Source: Bacteriovoracia bacterium (GTDB taxonomy: Bacteria; Bdellovibrionota; Bacteriovoracia; Bacteriovoracales; Bacteriovoracaceae). From it: a stretch of DNA of 60,449 bases. Each line of letters starts with the position of its first letter. Position 1 is the first letter of the stretch. The translations under genes were made by a program, and so were the position numbers. The stretch is taken from the NCBI GenBank assembly GCA_046570105.1, contig JBKHVI010000011.1:1-60449 (forward strand), read 5' to 3'. The notes beneath the pieces are model-generated. The model saw only the letters and a list, made by a program, of their open reading frames with translations, did not search any database and had not been told where the DNA came from. Shown in pieces: positions 38,293 through 47,800 of this stretch.

Positions 38293-40073
38293 ATTTTTTC
38301 TGTCTCAGCAAAGAAGTTAAGCGGCTGACGAACATCGACCACACCGCCACCCTTTGGTTTTGGGAACTCGATAATCTTCAAGACATTCGCCATACAATCA
38401 GTTCCCTTGCGAGAGAAGCGGGCATCTTTTGCTTTGATATTAGCGCGACCGACACGGCCATCAGGTGAGATTTGGAAATCGAGATCAATCACACCTTTAA
38501 TGTCTTTCGCCGCTGCCATCAATTCTTGCTGATAACAGTGACGGAACTGCGGCAAATACTCTTGCAAGATTTTGCGCAACAACTCCGGATCCATTGAACC
38601 AAGCACAACTGTTTTTGGTTCAAGATAAGAGTGATCGAAACCTTTCTTTGATACAAGTCCTTTAGCACCTGTTGAGGCGGCCCCTGAGCCAGAAGCATCA
38701 CTACCAAGTTTCCCTACGCCCATCGCTGTGCCGGTGGCAGAACCTGACAGTGCAGAGCTCGAAGCTCCCATACCTTTAGCGGTTGAAGCGGGAGAGCGAC
38801 CAGTCGCTGCCGCATTAGCAGGAGCAGCGTCAGCGACGACGGCATCAAGACTCACGCTAGAATTAAACTTGTAAGCTTTTGGCTTGGCAGGAGCAGCTGC
38901 GGCCGGTGCTTCGGCAGCTGGGGCGGCCTGAGCAGGAGCGGCCGATGCCGCCATCTGTGGCTGAGTTTTAGGTTGTTCAGTGGCCTTTTGGCCGGTGTTT
39001 TCTGTTTTCGAAGTCACCTCTGTGGCAGAAACTTCTTGCGCCGATTCGCCATCAGCTTTTTGAACCGCTTTATAAACGATGGTGATCTGTTTCACTTCTT
39101 CAGGTTCTTTTTCAGGAATAGAAATTAACAAGAGTAACAAGAACGGCAAAAAGATACTGGCGGTCACACGCGAGGCATCTTTATAGAATTGACGATCGCG
39201 CCACAAGAAAGGCAGTGGCTTCACTTTGAAGGTTTGTTCAACTAAGCGTAGAGAGATTTGATGAACACCTGAAGTGAAGAATAAATGCGAGCGGGAAAGT
39301 TCAATCTTATCCGCACTACAAGCAAAGCCTTCTGGAGTATTCACATGCCAGCGGCCTTTGTCGTGTTTCACTAAGACAGTGTCTTGAATAATGCCAGGGA
39401 ACCAGATCTTGCCTTTGGCAAGATTGGGACTCAAAACGATATCACTGGTTTTAAGATCCACAAACTGGATATCGAGTACTTGCCCTGAAGAATAGATCAC
39501 CACTTCTAAGCGATTGTCGGCCCGATCTTCCACCAAGTCTAAGGGAGCGACAGTGGAATCAAGTTCCTCACCGTCTACATCCCCATGCAAAAAGAAGGGA
39601 GGCTTAGTGATAAGGTCTTTCTCATTCGCTATCAGGGTGAGATCGCAATACTCTTGATCGATCAGAGTGAGGCCTGCGCGATCAGGCACATGGACATGGG
39701 AATCTGAAACAGCTGCGGCAAGGGCGGCGACTTCAGCTTCACAGTTATGAAAGACTTCGTCTGATTCGAAGAGTTCAAGATTGTAAGCAATATCAGCAAT
39801 GGTGAGAGTGTCACCAGGAAAAATTTCTGCTTCACGAACACGACGGCCGTTCACGAAAGTACCATTGGTACTAGCAAGATCTATAACGCGAACATTCTCC
39901 CCTTGAATAAGGAGAAAACAGTGTTGCGGAGAGATACCACGACCAGAGAGAACGACATCACAGCGCACATCCGAACCGACCAAGAGCTTTGAGCGATTCA
40001 AAACGGGGGCCTCTTTCGATCTGGCATCCATTGATGCCAGTCTAAAGAATGTCCTGTGTGGTCTTACTGCCAT
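38289..40073 (-). CDS. GltG/AgmX-PglI-like gliding protein (FHA, TM, TonB-C-like domain)
   Basis: FHA motifs (VGSD, ISPQH, DLASTNGTFVNG); TM; Ala/Gly linker; QFRHCYQQEL...FPKPKGGGVVDVRQPLNF. Confidence 0.85.
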   Translation of the reverse strand: MAVRPHRTFFRLASMDARSKEAPVLNRSKLLVGSDVRCDVVLSGRGISPQHCFLLIQGENVRVIDLASTNGTFVNGRRVREAEIFPGDTLTIADIAYNLELFESDEVFHNCEAEVAALAAAVSDSHVHVPDRAGLTLIDQEYCDLTLIANEKDLITKPPFFLHGDVDGEELDSTVAPLDLVEDRADNRLEVVIYSSGQVLDIQFVDLKTSDIVLSPNLAKGKIWFPGIIQDTVLVKHDKGRWHVNTPEGFACSADKIELSRSHLFFTSGVHQISLRLVEQTFKVKPLPFLWRDRQFYKDASRVTASIFLPFLLLLLISIPEKEPEEVKQITIVYKAVQKADGESAQEVSATEVTSKTENTGQKATEQPKTQPQMAASAAPAQAAPAAEAPAAAAPAKPKAYKFNSSVSLDAVVADAAPANAAATGRSPASTAKGMGASSSALSGSATGTAMGVGKLGSDASGSGAASTGAKGLVSKKGFDHSYLEPKTVVLGSMDPELLRKILQEYLPQFRHCYQQELMAAAKDIKGVIDLDFQISPDGRVGRANIKAKDARFSRKGTDCMANVLKIIEFPKPKGGGVVDVRQPLNFFAETEKI

Positions 40074-40892
40074 CTACTTGGCCTCCAGTGCCGCCAATTG
40101 TTGTTTCGCTTCACGCTCAAGGCGTTCTGCTAACTTTTGCGGAGAACTTAATCCAGTTGCTTTGTAATTATCTAAAAGTTCCAATGTTTTCTGCGGACGC
40201 CCTTCCAGCAAATGCCACTTTGCGAGAGTCAAAGCAAAGTCCTCACGATTCTGTAACTTCGCGGGGATTTGTGCCAAATAAGGCGAGGCCTGTTTCACTT
40301 GTCCTAATTGCACATAGGCCAATCCTTTCAAGTGCAAAATTTCAGCATCACTACTCTTTTCAAATGGCGGCTGATTAAGAATTTTGAGGGCCTCTTGATT
40401 TAAATTTTGACCGACATAAAGCTGGGCTAAATTGAAGGCCGGAGTAATAAAGTGAGGAGCAAGTTCGCGGGCCTCCATCAAAACATCATAGGCGCGTGAG
40501 ACGCGGCCTTGGCGAATATAAACCACCGCCAAGTTATTTTTAACCATGGCATTGTCTTCTTTCGTCTTCGCAAGCTCCTGCGCCATTCCTAAAAAGAAGC
40601 GCGCTTCACGAAGCTCATTATGCCAAGCAAGGCAGTTACCGACCCACGTCCAATAGCGAGCGGTCTTCGCACCTTTTTGATATTCTTCTCGGGCCTTTTG
40701 CGTAAAGCCTTTGAGATCACCTTGGTAACATCCACGCAACCACTCTGCTTCTTGACCTTCACGGCCGGCGACTCGCCACAGACTCTCGTCTTTGAATAAT
40801 CCTGACTGCTGGTCAACCGCCAGATTTTGGTGAGGATTAGAGGCACACGCACCCAGGAAGGCCAGTGACGCTATCACAATTAGATTTTTCAT
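40074..40892 (-). CDS. TPR lipoprotein, GltE/AglT-like
   Basis: Lipobox LGAC; TPRs (NNLAVVY, FNLAQLY); operon position. Confidence 0.75.
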   Translation of the reverse strand: MKNLIVIASLAFLGACASNPHQNLAVDQQSGLFKDESLWRVAGREGQEAEWLRGCYQGDLKGFTQKAREEYQKGAKTARYWTWVGNCLAWHNELREARFFLGMAQELAKTKEDNAMVKNNLAVVYIRQGRVSRAYDVLMEARELAPHFITPAFNLAQLYVGQNLNQEALKILNQPPFEKSSDAEILHLKGLAYVQLGQVKQASPYLAQIPAKLQNREDFALTLAKWHLLEGRPQKTLELLDNYKATGLSSPQKLAERLEREAKQQLAALEAK

Positions 40893-43720
40893 TTACGGCC
40901 TCCAGCAGAGTACTGATCCATTGTCGAAATTGAGATCTTGGCCTGAACAGGAGAAACGAACTCAAGATCTCCTGATGGACGACGAGTGGCTTTTTTGAAG
41001 TCGACCACTTTCGTTTGGAAAACTTTGGCAATCTTGTGCATCTCTGATTGAAACGAAGCCACAAAGTCTTTGTCTTCATGAACCACATTCAACGTTTGGA
41101 GCTTATCAGCGACTTTGCCATAGAAGCCTTGGAGCTGCTGATTCGTTTGCTCACGAATTTTCCCATGCTCGCTAGCAAGCAGTGGCTTCACCTCTTCGCT
41201 GACTTTCTTAATTTCAAGCAAGAATTTTTCCAAACGTGGGTTAAAAGCTTCAGGATCAAAAGGCTTATCCAATTCAACCAACGAGAGTTTGAGAATTTCT
41301 TCACGGCGCTTCAAGAATTCTTCTTGGCGCTTGAAGTCACCCATCAAAGCGGCGACTTTAGCATGGTCTTTCACTTCAGTGAGTTCGCGACGAAGACTGC
41401 GCTGCCCCTCTTCATTTTGATCCCAGTATAGATCTAGTAAAAAACTGACATATTCATCTTTATCAAGATTCTTCTTTTGTGAGTCCCAGAATGAAGTCAT
41501 GCGACTGACATCGTTATGATCCCAGTAGTACCAAAGAATGTGCGCTGCCATTTTCTGAGTCATGCTGGGTGATGTTGCACATTTGGCAGCATCTTGGAAG
41601 TTGCGCGTGGTGATCCAGTCATCGGCCAAAACCAAATGGAAGTTGACTGAGAGTTCCCACAAGCGATCTTGCGCTTTTGATTGAGTCGAACAAGACTTTT
41701 TCAGGAGAGCATCTGTCATTCGAACAGCACCACGGAACTCGCGCATATAGGCCATGCGTTCAATCATCGCGGTTAAGTGAACCGTTTTTTCATCTAGCTC
41801 TTTCTTGTCTAAAAGTTCGAGGGACTTTTCCATCCAAGGGAGTGCGGCTATTGGGCGGGCCAGATCAAGTTCAAGGTCTGCTGCCTGAATACCAGCAAGA
41901 GCGCGAACTTTTGTTGGATAGATCGTTGTCTTGTAAACATCTTCAAAAGTTTGCAGGGCCTCGCGACGTTGACCTCTGGCGACTTGTTCTTGAGCGGTTA
42001 CGAATAGAATCTGACCCAAGATGATTTCTGTCTGTTCAATAGTCTTACTATCAAACTTCAAGAAACCTTTTTTAAATTCTGCGATCCAGTGAGTGATTTT
42101 TAAGACCGCTTTTGACTTAATGAAATCATCCATTAGACCTTTCATAAGGTCTTGTTGCTTCACAAGATCGCCAGGATAGTTTTTGCGGTAGCGCTCAATG
42201 GCGCTCACTGCACGATCGTCTAATTTGTCTTCGCGATGAAGTTGGAACAATTTTGGATAGATCTTCAAACTCATGTCATCTTTAGGAAAAATATCGACAT
42301 GGTTTTCATAAGTATAAACCAGCAACTCACGCTGAGCTTTTTTCTCAAGCACCTCTTCACCGGTCAAGGCCAAGAGCGAGTTTAAGATTTTGCGACGACG
42401 TGATTCTTCTGGTTTCTTTTGAAGCTTAGAGTCTTCTAAACCTAGGCGATAGGCCTTGGCGGCTTCTGGAAATTGGTTAACCGCATAATAGGTCTCACCA
42501 ATGAAATAAGCGTATTCATCTTTTTTATCACTATCGAGCTCACGTAAAAGATTAAAGTAAGCTACTGTGCGAGTGAGATCACGTGAAGCAAACTCGTGGC
42601 CACCCTTCTTTACGTCTTTGGCGGTTTGGAGTTGCAAGAAACCAGCAACCGAGCGCACTTTTTCGACACCATCGTCTTTCGCCTTCACTAGTTTTAGCTC
42701 AGGCTGACGAAGATCTCTTTTATGCAGGTCTAATAATTTCTGAGAGACGCGTAAATGATCATCCCAGCGCTTGTAGGTGCGGTAGAAATCCAGTTCATAA
42801 AGAACCAGATCTTCTTGGTGCTGAGGTAGACCACGGTTGTCGATTAAATCTTGTGAAGTTTTGAGAATATCTTCGGTTTCTTTGCCATGGCCTTTATCAG
42901 CTGAACGACGGGCCAGTGACAATAGATGAACAATGGGGTCTTTTTCATTTTTTACATAGAACTCACGGCCATCATTAATCCGGTTACCAAATACGAAGAA
43001 TGGCGCCAAATGCTGAAGTGTTTGTTCACTGATATCAACATAACGTGAATCTTTACTGAGTTTGTAAGCAAGCTTCAAAGAATCGATCGCCTCGTCGTGG
43101 CGATTGGTTTTCATATAACACCAACCTAAGTTGAGGAGGTGCTTCGGCTTCCAATCATCGTTATCATCACGCACCACTTTTTCATAGTAGCGAATTGATT
43201 CTGGATAACGTTTTTCGTTGTAATAAAAGTCAGCGAGTGAAGTTTCCGCGTGGTGACGCAAAGGAGTGCCTTCACGAATCAATTTAAGCGCATCAAGCAT
43301 GTAGCGTTCAGTTCTTTTGTCACGGCCATAATCGCGTGAGTTAAGACCTAGCGTGTAGTACATCGCTCCACGACGTGGAGAATCAGGATATTTTGCTAAT
43401 AGCTTTTCACCATACGAGCGCGTCTCTTGGTATTGACGAAGAGACTCTGTGAAATAGGCATCTTTGTTATTATGTTTTTTGCCATCTTTGGCTTCTAAGA
43501 AGGCCTTGTTCTCGCGCTCAAGCGTGAGTTTCAAGCGCTCAGAATAAAGCTCCAGCAAGCGGTAATGAACTTCATCACCTTGCTTACGTGCTTTCTCCAG
43601 CATCTCCGTTTCAGTGCGAACAAGCTTGGTCAGTTCATGCCAGCGAGCTGACATTTTTTGAGCAAAGGCACTTGATGAAACCAAACAACTCATGAGGAGG
43701 ATGGTATTGAGCTTTTTCAT
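40889..43720 (-). CDS. Large periplasmic TPR protein, GltD/AgmU-like
   Basis: Signal peptide; many TPRs (KYPDSPR, LADFYY, LGWCY); operon position. Confidence 0.75.
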   Translation of the reverse strand: MKKLNTILLMSCLVSSSAFAQKMSARWHELTKLVRTETEMLEKARKQGDEVHYRLLELYSERLKLTLERENKAFLEAKDGKKHNNKDAYFTESLRQYQETRSYGEKLLAKYPDSPRRGAMYYTLGLNSRDYGRDKRTERYMLDALKLIREGTPLRHHAETSLADFYYNEKRYPESIRYYEKVVRDDNDDWKPKHLLNLGWCYMKTNRHDEAIDSLKLAYKLSKDSRYVDISEQTLQHLAPFFVFGNRINDGREFYVKNEKDPIVHLLSLARRSADKGHGKETEDILKTSQDLIDNRGLPQHQEDLVLYELDFYRTYKRWDDHLRVSQKLLDLHKRDLRQPELKLVKAKDDGVEKVRSVAGFLQLQTAKDVKKGGHEFASRDLTRTVAYFNLLRELDSDKKDEYAYFIGETYYAVNQFPEAAKAYRLGLEDSKLQKKPEESRRRKILNSLLALTGEEVLEKKAQRELLVYTYENHVDIFPKDDMSLKIYPKLFQLHREDKLDDRAVSAIERYRKNYPGDLVKQQDLMKGLMDDFIKSKAVLKITHWIAEFKKGFLKFDSKTIEQTEIILGQILFVTAQEQVARGQRREALQTFEDVYKTTIYPTKVRALAGIQAADLELDLARPIAALPWMEKSLELLDKKELDEKTVHLTAMIERMAYMREFRGAVRMTDALLKKSCSTQSKAQDRLWELSVNFHLVLADDWITTRNFQDAAKCATSPSMTQKMAAHILWYYWDHNDVSRMTSFWDSQKKNLDKDEYVSFLLDLYWDQNEEGQRSLRRELTEVKDHAKVAALMGDFKRQEEFLKRREEILKLSLVELDKPFDPEAFNPRLEKFLLEIKKVSEEVKPLLASEHGKIREQTNQQLQGFYGKVADKLQTLNVVHEDKDFVASFQSEMHKIAKVFQTKVVDFKKATRRPSGDLEFVSPVQAKISISTMDQYSAGGRK

Positions 43721-44187
43721 TAATTAGTCCCCTTCACGATGAATTTAAACTGGGTAAAACCAACTTTGGCAGAGGTTGCCATGATTTTATCCACCATCGC
43801 ATAATCAGTATCGCGGTCGAAAACTAAATTGATTAGCGCCCCTTCTTCCGAGTTGCGCTCTTTTTCGGATAGTTCACCATGACGCTGCTTGAGTGCTTCT
43901 TCTAGTGCACCTAATGCCTGAGCTTCACCTGCTGGCATACGGCCAATTTCTTTTTGATCGAGAAAAATGGCATTTTCATTATTTAATTGAACCACGGGAG
44001 CATAGTGAGTAATTCGTTGTGATTCCGAGTCGGCAATCTCAAGATTTTTCACCAGATCAAGTTTCAAATCAGAAGCATTATAATTCATCAACAGAAACAC
44101 CAAAAGGATAACCAAGATATCTAAAAGTGAGGTGATATCCAGATCCACCATCTCAGCGGCTTTTCTACGACGAAAGGTCTTTTTCAT
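43720..44187 (-). CDS. ExbD/TolR family protein (AglS-like)
   Basis: ITSLLDILVILLVFLL TM with conserved Asp. Confidence 0.9.
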   Translation of the reverse strand: MKKTFRRRKAAEMVDLDITSLLDILVILLVFLLMNYNASDLKLDLVKNLEIADSESQRITHYAPVVQLNNENAIFLDQKEIGRMPAGEAQALGALEEALKQRHGELSEKERNSEEGALINLVFDRDTDYAMVDKIMATSAKVGFTQFKFIVKGTN

Positions 44188-44645
44188 ATCGCCCCCTTCC
44201 CATCAAACACAATCTCCTCAAAGAGTTTTGTCTGAGTGGCTGGGTTTTCTTTGGCATGGTCGATAACTTTGACCAAACGATGAAAAGGAATTTTTCCTTG
44301 TGGACGAAGCTGAGCGACTTTCTCTTTAGGATATTTAGTCTTGAGAGTTCCAAGCAATGTACGCATTTTGTCCAAGTCGGCATCTTTAAAAGTTCCGACC
44401 TTTGTTCCGTCTTTGCCTTTTTTAACAATAACTTCCTCGGCATGGATCTCAATCACCAAGTTCAGAGGATCTTTGTCAATTTTATCTTCTCTGACTTCTC
44501 GAACCATCGGCACACTTGAGCCGATTTCAAAGACGTTGATGAATTGAGCACTCATCAAAAGGAAGAAAATAAAAATGAAGACCGCATCCATGATAGGAAT
44601 CAAATTGATACGTTCGGGCTTTTTCATTTCATGGCGTGTGCGCAT
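44184..44645 (-). CDS. ExbD/TolR family protein (AglQ-like)
   Basis: INLIPIMDAVFIFIFFLL TM with conserved Asp. Confidence 0.9.
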   Translation of the reverse strand: MRTRHEMKKPERINLIPIMDAVFIFIFFLLMSAQFINVFEIGSSVPMVREVREDKIDKDPLNLVIEIHAEEVIVKKGKDGTKVGTFKDADLDKMRTLLGTLKTKYPKEKVAQLRPQGKIPFHRLVKVIDHAKENPATQTKLFEEIVFDGKGAI

Positions 44646-44676
44646 ACGGACCTCAGGTGCCTGAAATTAACTTTAA

Positions 44677-45396
44677 TTAAGCAGCGTCTTGATCGTTCTT
44701 ATAAGCTTTTTTCGTGCCCAAAAGATCCATCAATTTAACTGAGTTCTCTTCGATTTCTTTAATCATGCGCTCACCCTGTGACGAGATCCATGCGTGTACC
44801 ATCATTAAAGTAATTGCGGATACAAGTCCAAGAGCTGTGGTGTTCATGGCAGTGGCAATACCCATCGCCAAGAGCTGAGCTTTTTGCGCCGCTTCGGCGT
44901 TGGCCACCGCTGCGAATGATTGAATCAAACCTTGAATAGTTCCTAATAGACCAAAGAGCGTTGAAACGTTGGCCATCAATGCAATCGCTGGCAAGCGACG
45001 TTCAATCTTTGGTACGACTTCTAAAATTGTTGCTTCGAGTGAGTCTTGTACCTGCTCTTTAGATTGATTGGCGCGCTTCAAGCCATTCTTCATAACCAAG
45101 GCCAAAAGTGAATTTGATTCTGCACAGGCCTGAATGGCGGCGGAGATTTCGTTACCTACCACAAACTTACGTATCGTTTGCATGAGGCTTGCTCCGTCAA
45201 TATCGTAGGTTTTGAAACGGCGCCAGCGCTCAAGTGCAATCGCTACACCTATCGCCCAAATACCAAGGATGACCCACATGAAAACTCCACCCTCAGACAT
45301 AAACTTGGCCAAGAACTGAAACGTGTTCAATTCAGGCTGGGCTACAGTTGTGGCCAAAGCATCACTAGCGGCTTGGGTGGCGGTATTTGAATCCAT
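44677..45396 (-). CDS. MotA/TolQ/ExbB proton channel (AglR-like)
   Basis: TLFGLLGTIQGLIQSF and GIATAMNTTALGL motifs. Confidence 0.92.
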   Translation of the reverse strand: MDSNTATQAASDALATTVAQPELNTFQFLAKFMSEGGVFMWVILGIWAIGVAIALERWRRFKTYDIDGASLMQTIRKFVVGNEISAAIQACAESNSLLALVMKNGLKRANQSKEQVQDSLEATILEVVPKIERRLPAIALMANVSTLFGLLGTIQGLIQSFAAVANAEAAQKAQLLAMGIATAMNTTALGLVSAITLMMVHAWISSQGERMIKEIEENSVKLMDLLGTKKAYKNDQDAA

Positions 45397-45416
45397 AGAC
45401 AGGCTCCTTGTCGACT

Positions 45417-45665
45417 CTATCTGAGAGTTTGAATATCGTGTTTAATGTTTTTATCAAAATCAGTACGGTTATAAAGATCCAGCTCAAAGCGACGGCGATC
45501 ACGTTCACGAACCGAGAGATCACCCGGGGCAATCAACTGACCTTTCACTTCCAAATCTCCGAGATCGAATTTTTCATACTTTTTATACTGATAAATCACT
45601 TTCTCTTCGGCAAAAGCCGTTAAAGACATCACTAAAATACAGAGTCCCAAAATTTTATTCTTCAA
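45417..45665 (-). CDS. Small secreted GltF/CglF-like protein
   Basis: TTG start after AGGAGG; signal peptide; YKKYEKFDLGDLEVKGQLIAPG...RTDF. Confidence 0.75.
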   Translation of the reverse strand: MKNKILGLCILVMSLTAFAEEKVIYQYKKYEKFDLGDLEVKGQLIAPGDLSVRERDRRRFELDLYNRTDFDKNIKHDIQTLR

Positions 45666-47082
45666 GCGGGACCTCCTTTCGAACTGTTGCGCAGTTGTTT
45701 TCCAGGCCAAACGAGAAGTCACCTAACTCATCCGCCCAAAAAGCTCCGTGGAATTTCCAAAAAGCTTCAAAACGAGAGCGCTTTACTTGGTCAAAATTCC
45801 CTCGTCCGCGGTCAGACACTAGGCGTTTCGAACCATAAACCAGATCTTTCTTGCGCGAGATGATTTCCAACTTCACTTTGAAGAGCTCTTCCGAGAGGCC
45901 GTAAACATTCGTGACAAAAGCGAACATATCGCGTTTGGCATGGTAGTTTATGCGCCCTACTAAGTTCTCTTTCATCGCTTCAAGTTGTTTCATACTCTCC
46001 TGCATCCAAGCTCTCGCTTGATGCTGGGAAGATAAACCATGGAACACCCGAGCTAATCGGTCACCCTCGTGCTTAACTTTAGCTAAAGCTGAACGGTCGA
46101 GGGCAAAGCGGGGACGTTGAGAAACCTGCGTGGCCAACTGAGCGATAAATGGATGGAGCTTTTTTCGCTGTTCGGCCGACATGTACATAAGTTGGTAGAA
46201 ATGCGTTTGTGAATCCTTGTGGGTATTCAGCATCGCTTCTAGCGCCTCAGTACGTGGTTTGTAGTTGTTATAAAACTGATCGATCACCACCAGCGCATCG
46301 TCATACAAACACATGCGGAAGTATCCCAAGGCGGTAAGGATCTCGGCCTCTGGAAGAAAGTACGACGCTAAAAGTGGTGACTTGTAAGTCACTAAGAGAC
46401 CAAGTGAGCGGTTGTAGTCCTGAATATTATAATGGGCCCAGGCCTTCTCTAATAAAAGATAGGGCCACTTATATGAGCGCTTATCAATTTTTGAGTAAGT
46501 ATCAACCGACTCTTGATACTTCCCTTCTTTATAAAGTTTACGGGCACGAAGAGCACGGCAGTCTTCTGAAAGAACTGTGTAGTAACGCTTAAGAACCGGT
46601 GACTTCACTTCCTCAGCGCGTTCACTGGCAACAGCCTGACATTGCTCTTCGAATGCTTCACGTGCTCCGGTTTTACCAGCGTCAGCCGCCATATCCGCTA
46701 GCAAAAAACGTGCTTCTGGATAGTAGCGATGCCATTTAGGAACGTTCACTAACCATTGACGGGCCTCTTTATTCTTTTTATCTTTCCAGGCTTCACGTCC
46801 TAACAAAAACTGCACACTCGCCACCGGAAGTTTCGCGAGGACTTTGCGATCATAATCCTCCAGCGCTTCCACGTTGGTTTTCATAATCAAATCTTCTAGG
46901 AGTTCAAGGTCTGAGCTCTCGAGATCTTTTTGTTTAGCAAGTTTTCTGACTTGCACATCAAGCGCAGCAAAAACAAAACCATGTTGGGCCAATACTTCGG
47001 CTTCCGCACGGTTTTTCCATTTTACTTCTTCATCCGCCCAAGCGAGCTGACTTATTAAAGAAAGCAGCACGAGATATTTCAT
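45655..47082 (-). CDS. Periplasmic TPR protein, GltC-like
   Basis: LLEKAWAHY, PEAEILTALGYFRMC and FWKFHGAFWADELG motifs. Confidence 0.75.
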   Translation of the reverse strand: MKYLVLLSLISQLAWADEEVKWKNRAEAEVLAQHGFVFAALDVQVRKLAKQKDLESSDLELLEDLIMKTNVEALEDYDRKVLAKLPVASVQFLLGREAWKDKKNKEARQWLVNVPKWHRYYPEARFLLADMAADAGKTGAREAFEEQCQAVASERAEEVKSPVLKRYYTVLSEDCRALRARKLYKEGKYQESVDTYSKIDKRSYKWPYLLLEKAWAHYNIQDYNRSLGLLVTYKSPLLASYFLPEAEILTALGYFRMCLYDDALVVIDQFYNNYKPRTEALEAMLNTHKDSQTHFYQLMYMSAEQRKKLHPFIAQLATQVSQRPRFALDRSALAKVKHEGDRLARVFHGLSSQHQARAWMQESMKQLEAMKENLVGRINYHAKRDMFAFVTNVYGLSEELFKVKLEIISRKKDLVYGSKRLVSDRGRGNFDQVKRSRFEAFWKFHGAFWADELGDFSFGLENNCATVRKEVPLEE

Positions 47083-47093
47083 GTGTGCCTCCT

Positions 47094-47786
47094 TTAATAT
47101 GAAAAGCCGATCTGAAAAATCAGATCGTTATTTGAGCGCATTTTATCTTCTTTTGGATTCTTGGGGCCTGGCGCCATATAGCGCGTCCCGACCCATTCAA
47201 CACCGATATGAACATGCTCGTTATAGTGGAACTTGACTGCGCTTTTAAGATAGCCCCCAGAATGTGATTCTGAGGCATAAGAATCTTTGGCAGCAGCATC
47301 GCGGACAGATTTTAAGTTACTTTCGGTTTCAACTTTGGCGACACCGACACCGAAACTCCAATCAAAATAGACGATCTTGTTGAAGGTGTTGATCTTACCG
47401 TAGAACGGTGACCACACGATACCCAGACCAGTGGTTGCTACGTGACGACGAACAAACGGAACCGATTCATTAATCAACTGAACGTTGCGGTAGTTGTCGT
47501 TGTTACTGTTATCGTAACCTAAGTACAACCCCTCAATCGCCCACTCTTCATGAAAGTACCAACCCGCTTTAACCGCCACACCTTGAGTGTCTTGGAAAGC
47601 GGACGTGAGGTTTGTTAAATACCCCACGTCCATATAGATTGTGTTCTCTTTCTTATGAATCTTATTCTGCAGAACATACACGGCCTTGTCTGGATCTAAC
47701 CACAAAAAGTCGTATAGGTTCTCTTCTCCTGCCCGTGTTCCTTGGGCCAACAACAGCATCCCGCTTATGAGCAACAACTTCAGCAT
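47094..47786 (-). CDS. Outer-membrane beta-barrel, GltA/GltB-like
   Basis: VYVLQNK, WSPFYGK, C-terminal IGFSY; ATG 47786 after GAGGAG. Confidence 0.8.
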   Translation of the reverse strand: MLKLLLISGMLLLAQGTRAGEENLYDFLWLDPDKAVYVLQNKIHKKENTIYMDVGYLTNLTSAFQDTQGVAVKAGWYFHEEWAIEGLYLGYDNSNNDNYRNVQLINESVPFVRRHVATTGLGIVWSPFYGKINTFNKIVYFDWSFGVGVAKVETESNLKSVRDAAAKDSYASESHSGGYLKSAVKFHYNEHVHIGVEWVGTRYMAPGPKNPKEDKMRSNNDLIFQIGFSY

Positions 47787-47800
47787 GAACACTCCTCAAA

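Noticed and set aside
43720..45396. Ordinary TonB/ExbBD or Tol-Pal system
   Set aside because: No TonB-dependent receptor, tolB or pal; the flanking FHA/TPR/GltF/VWA genes fit Agl-Glt
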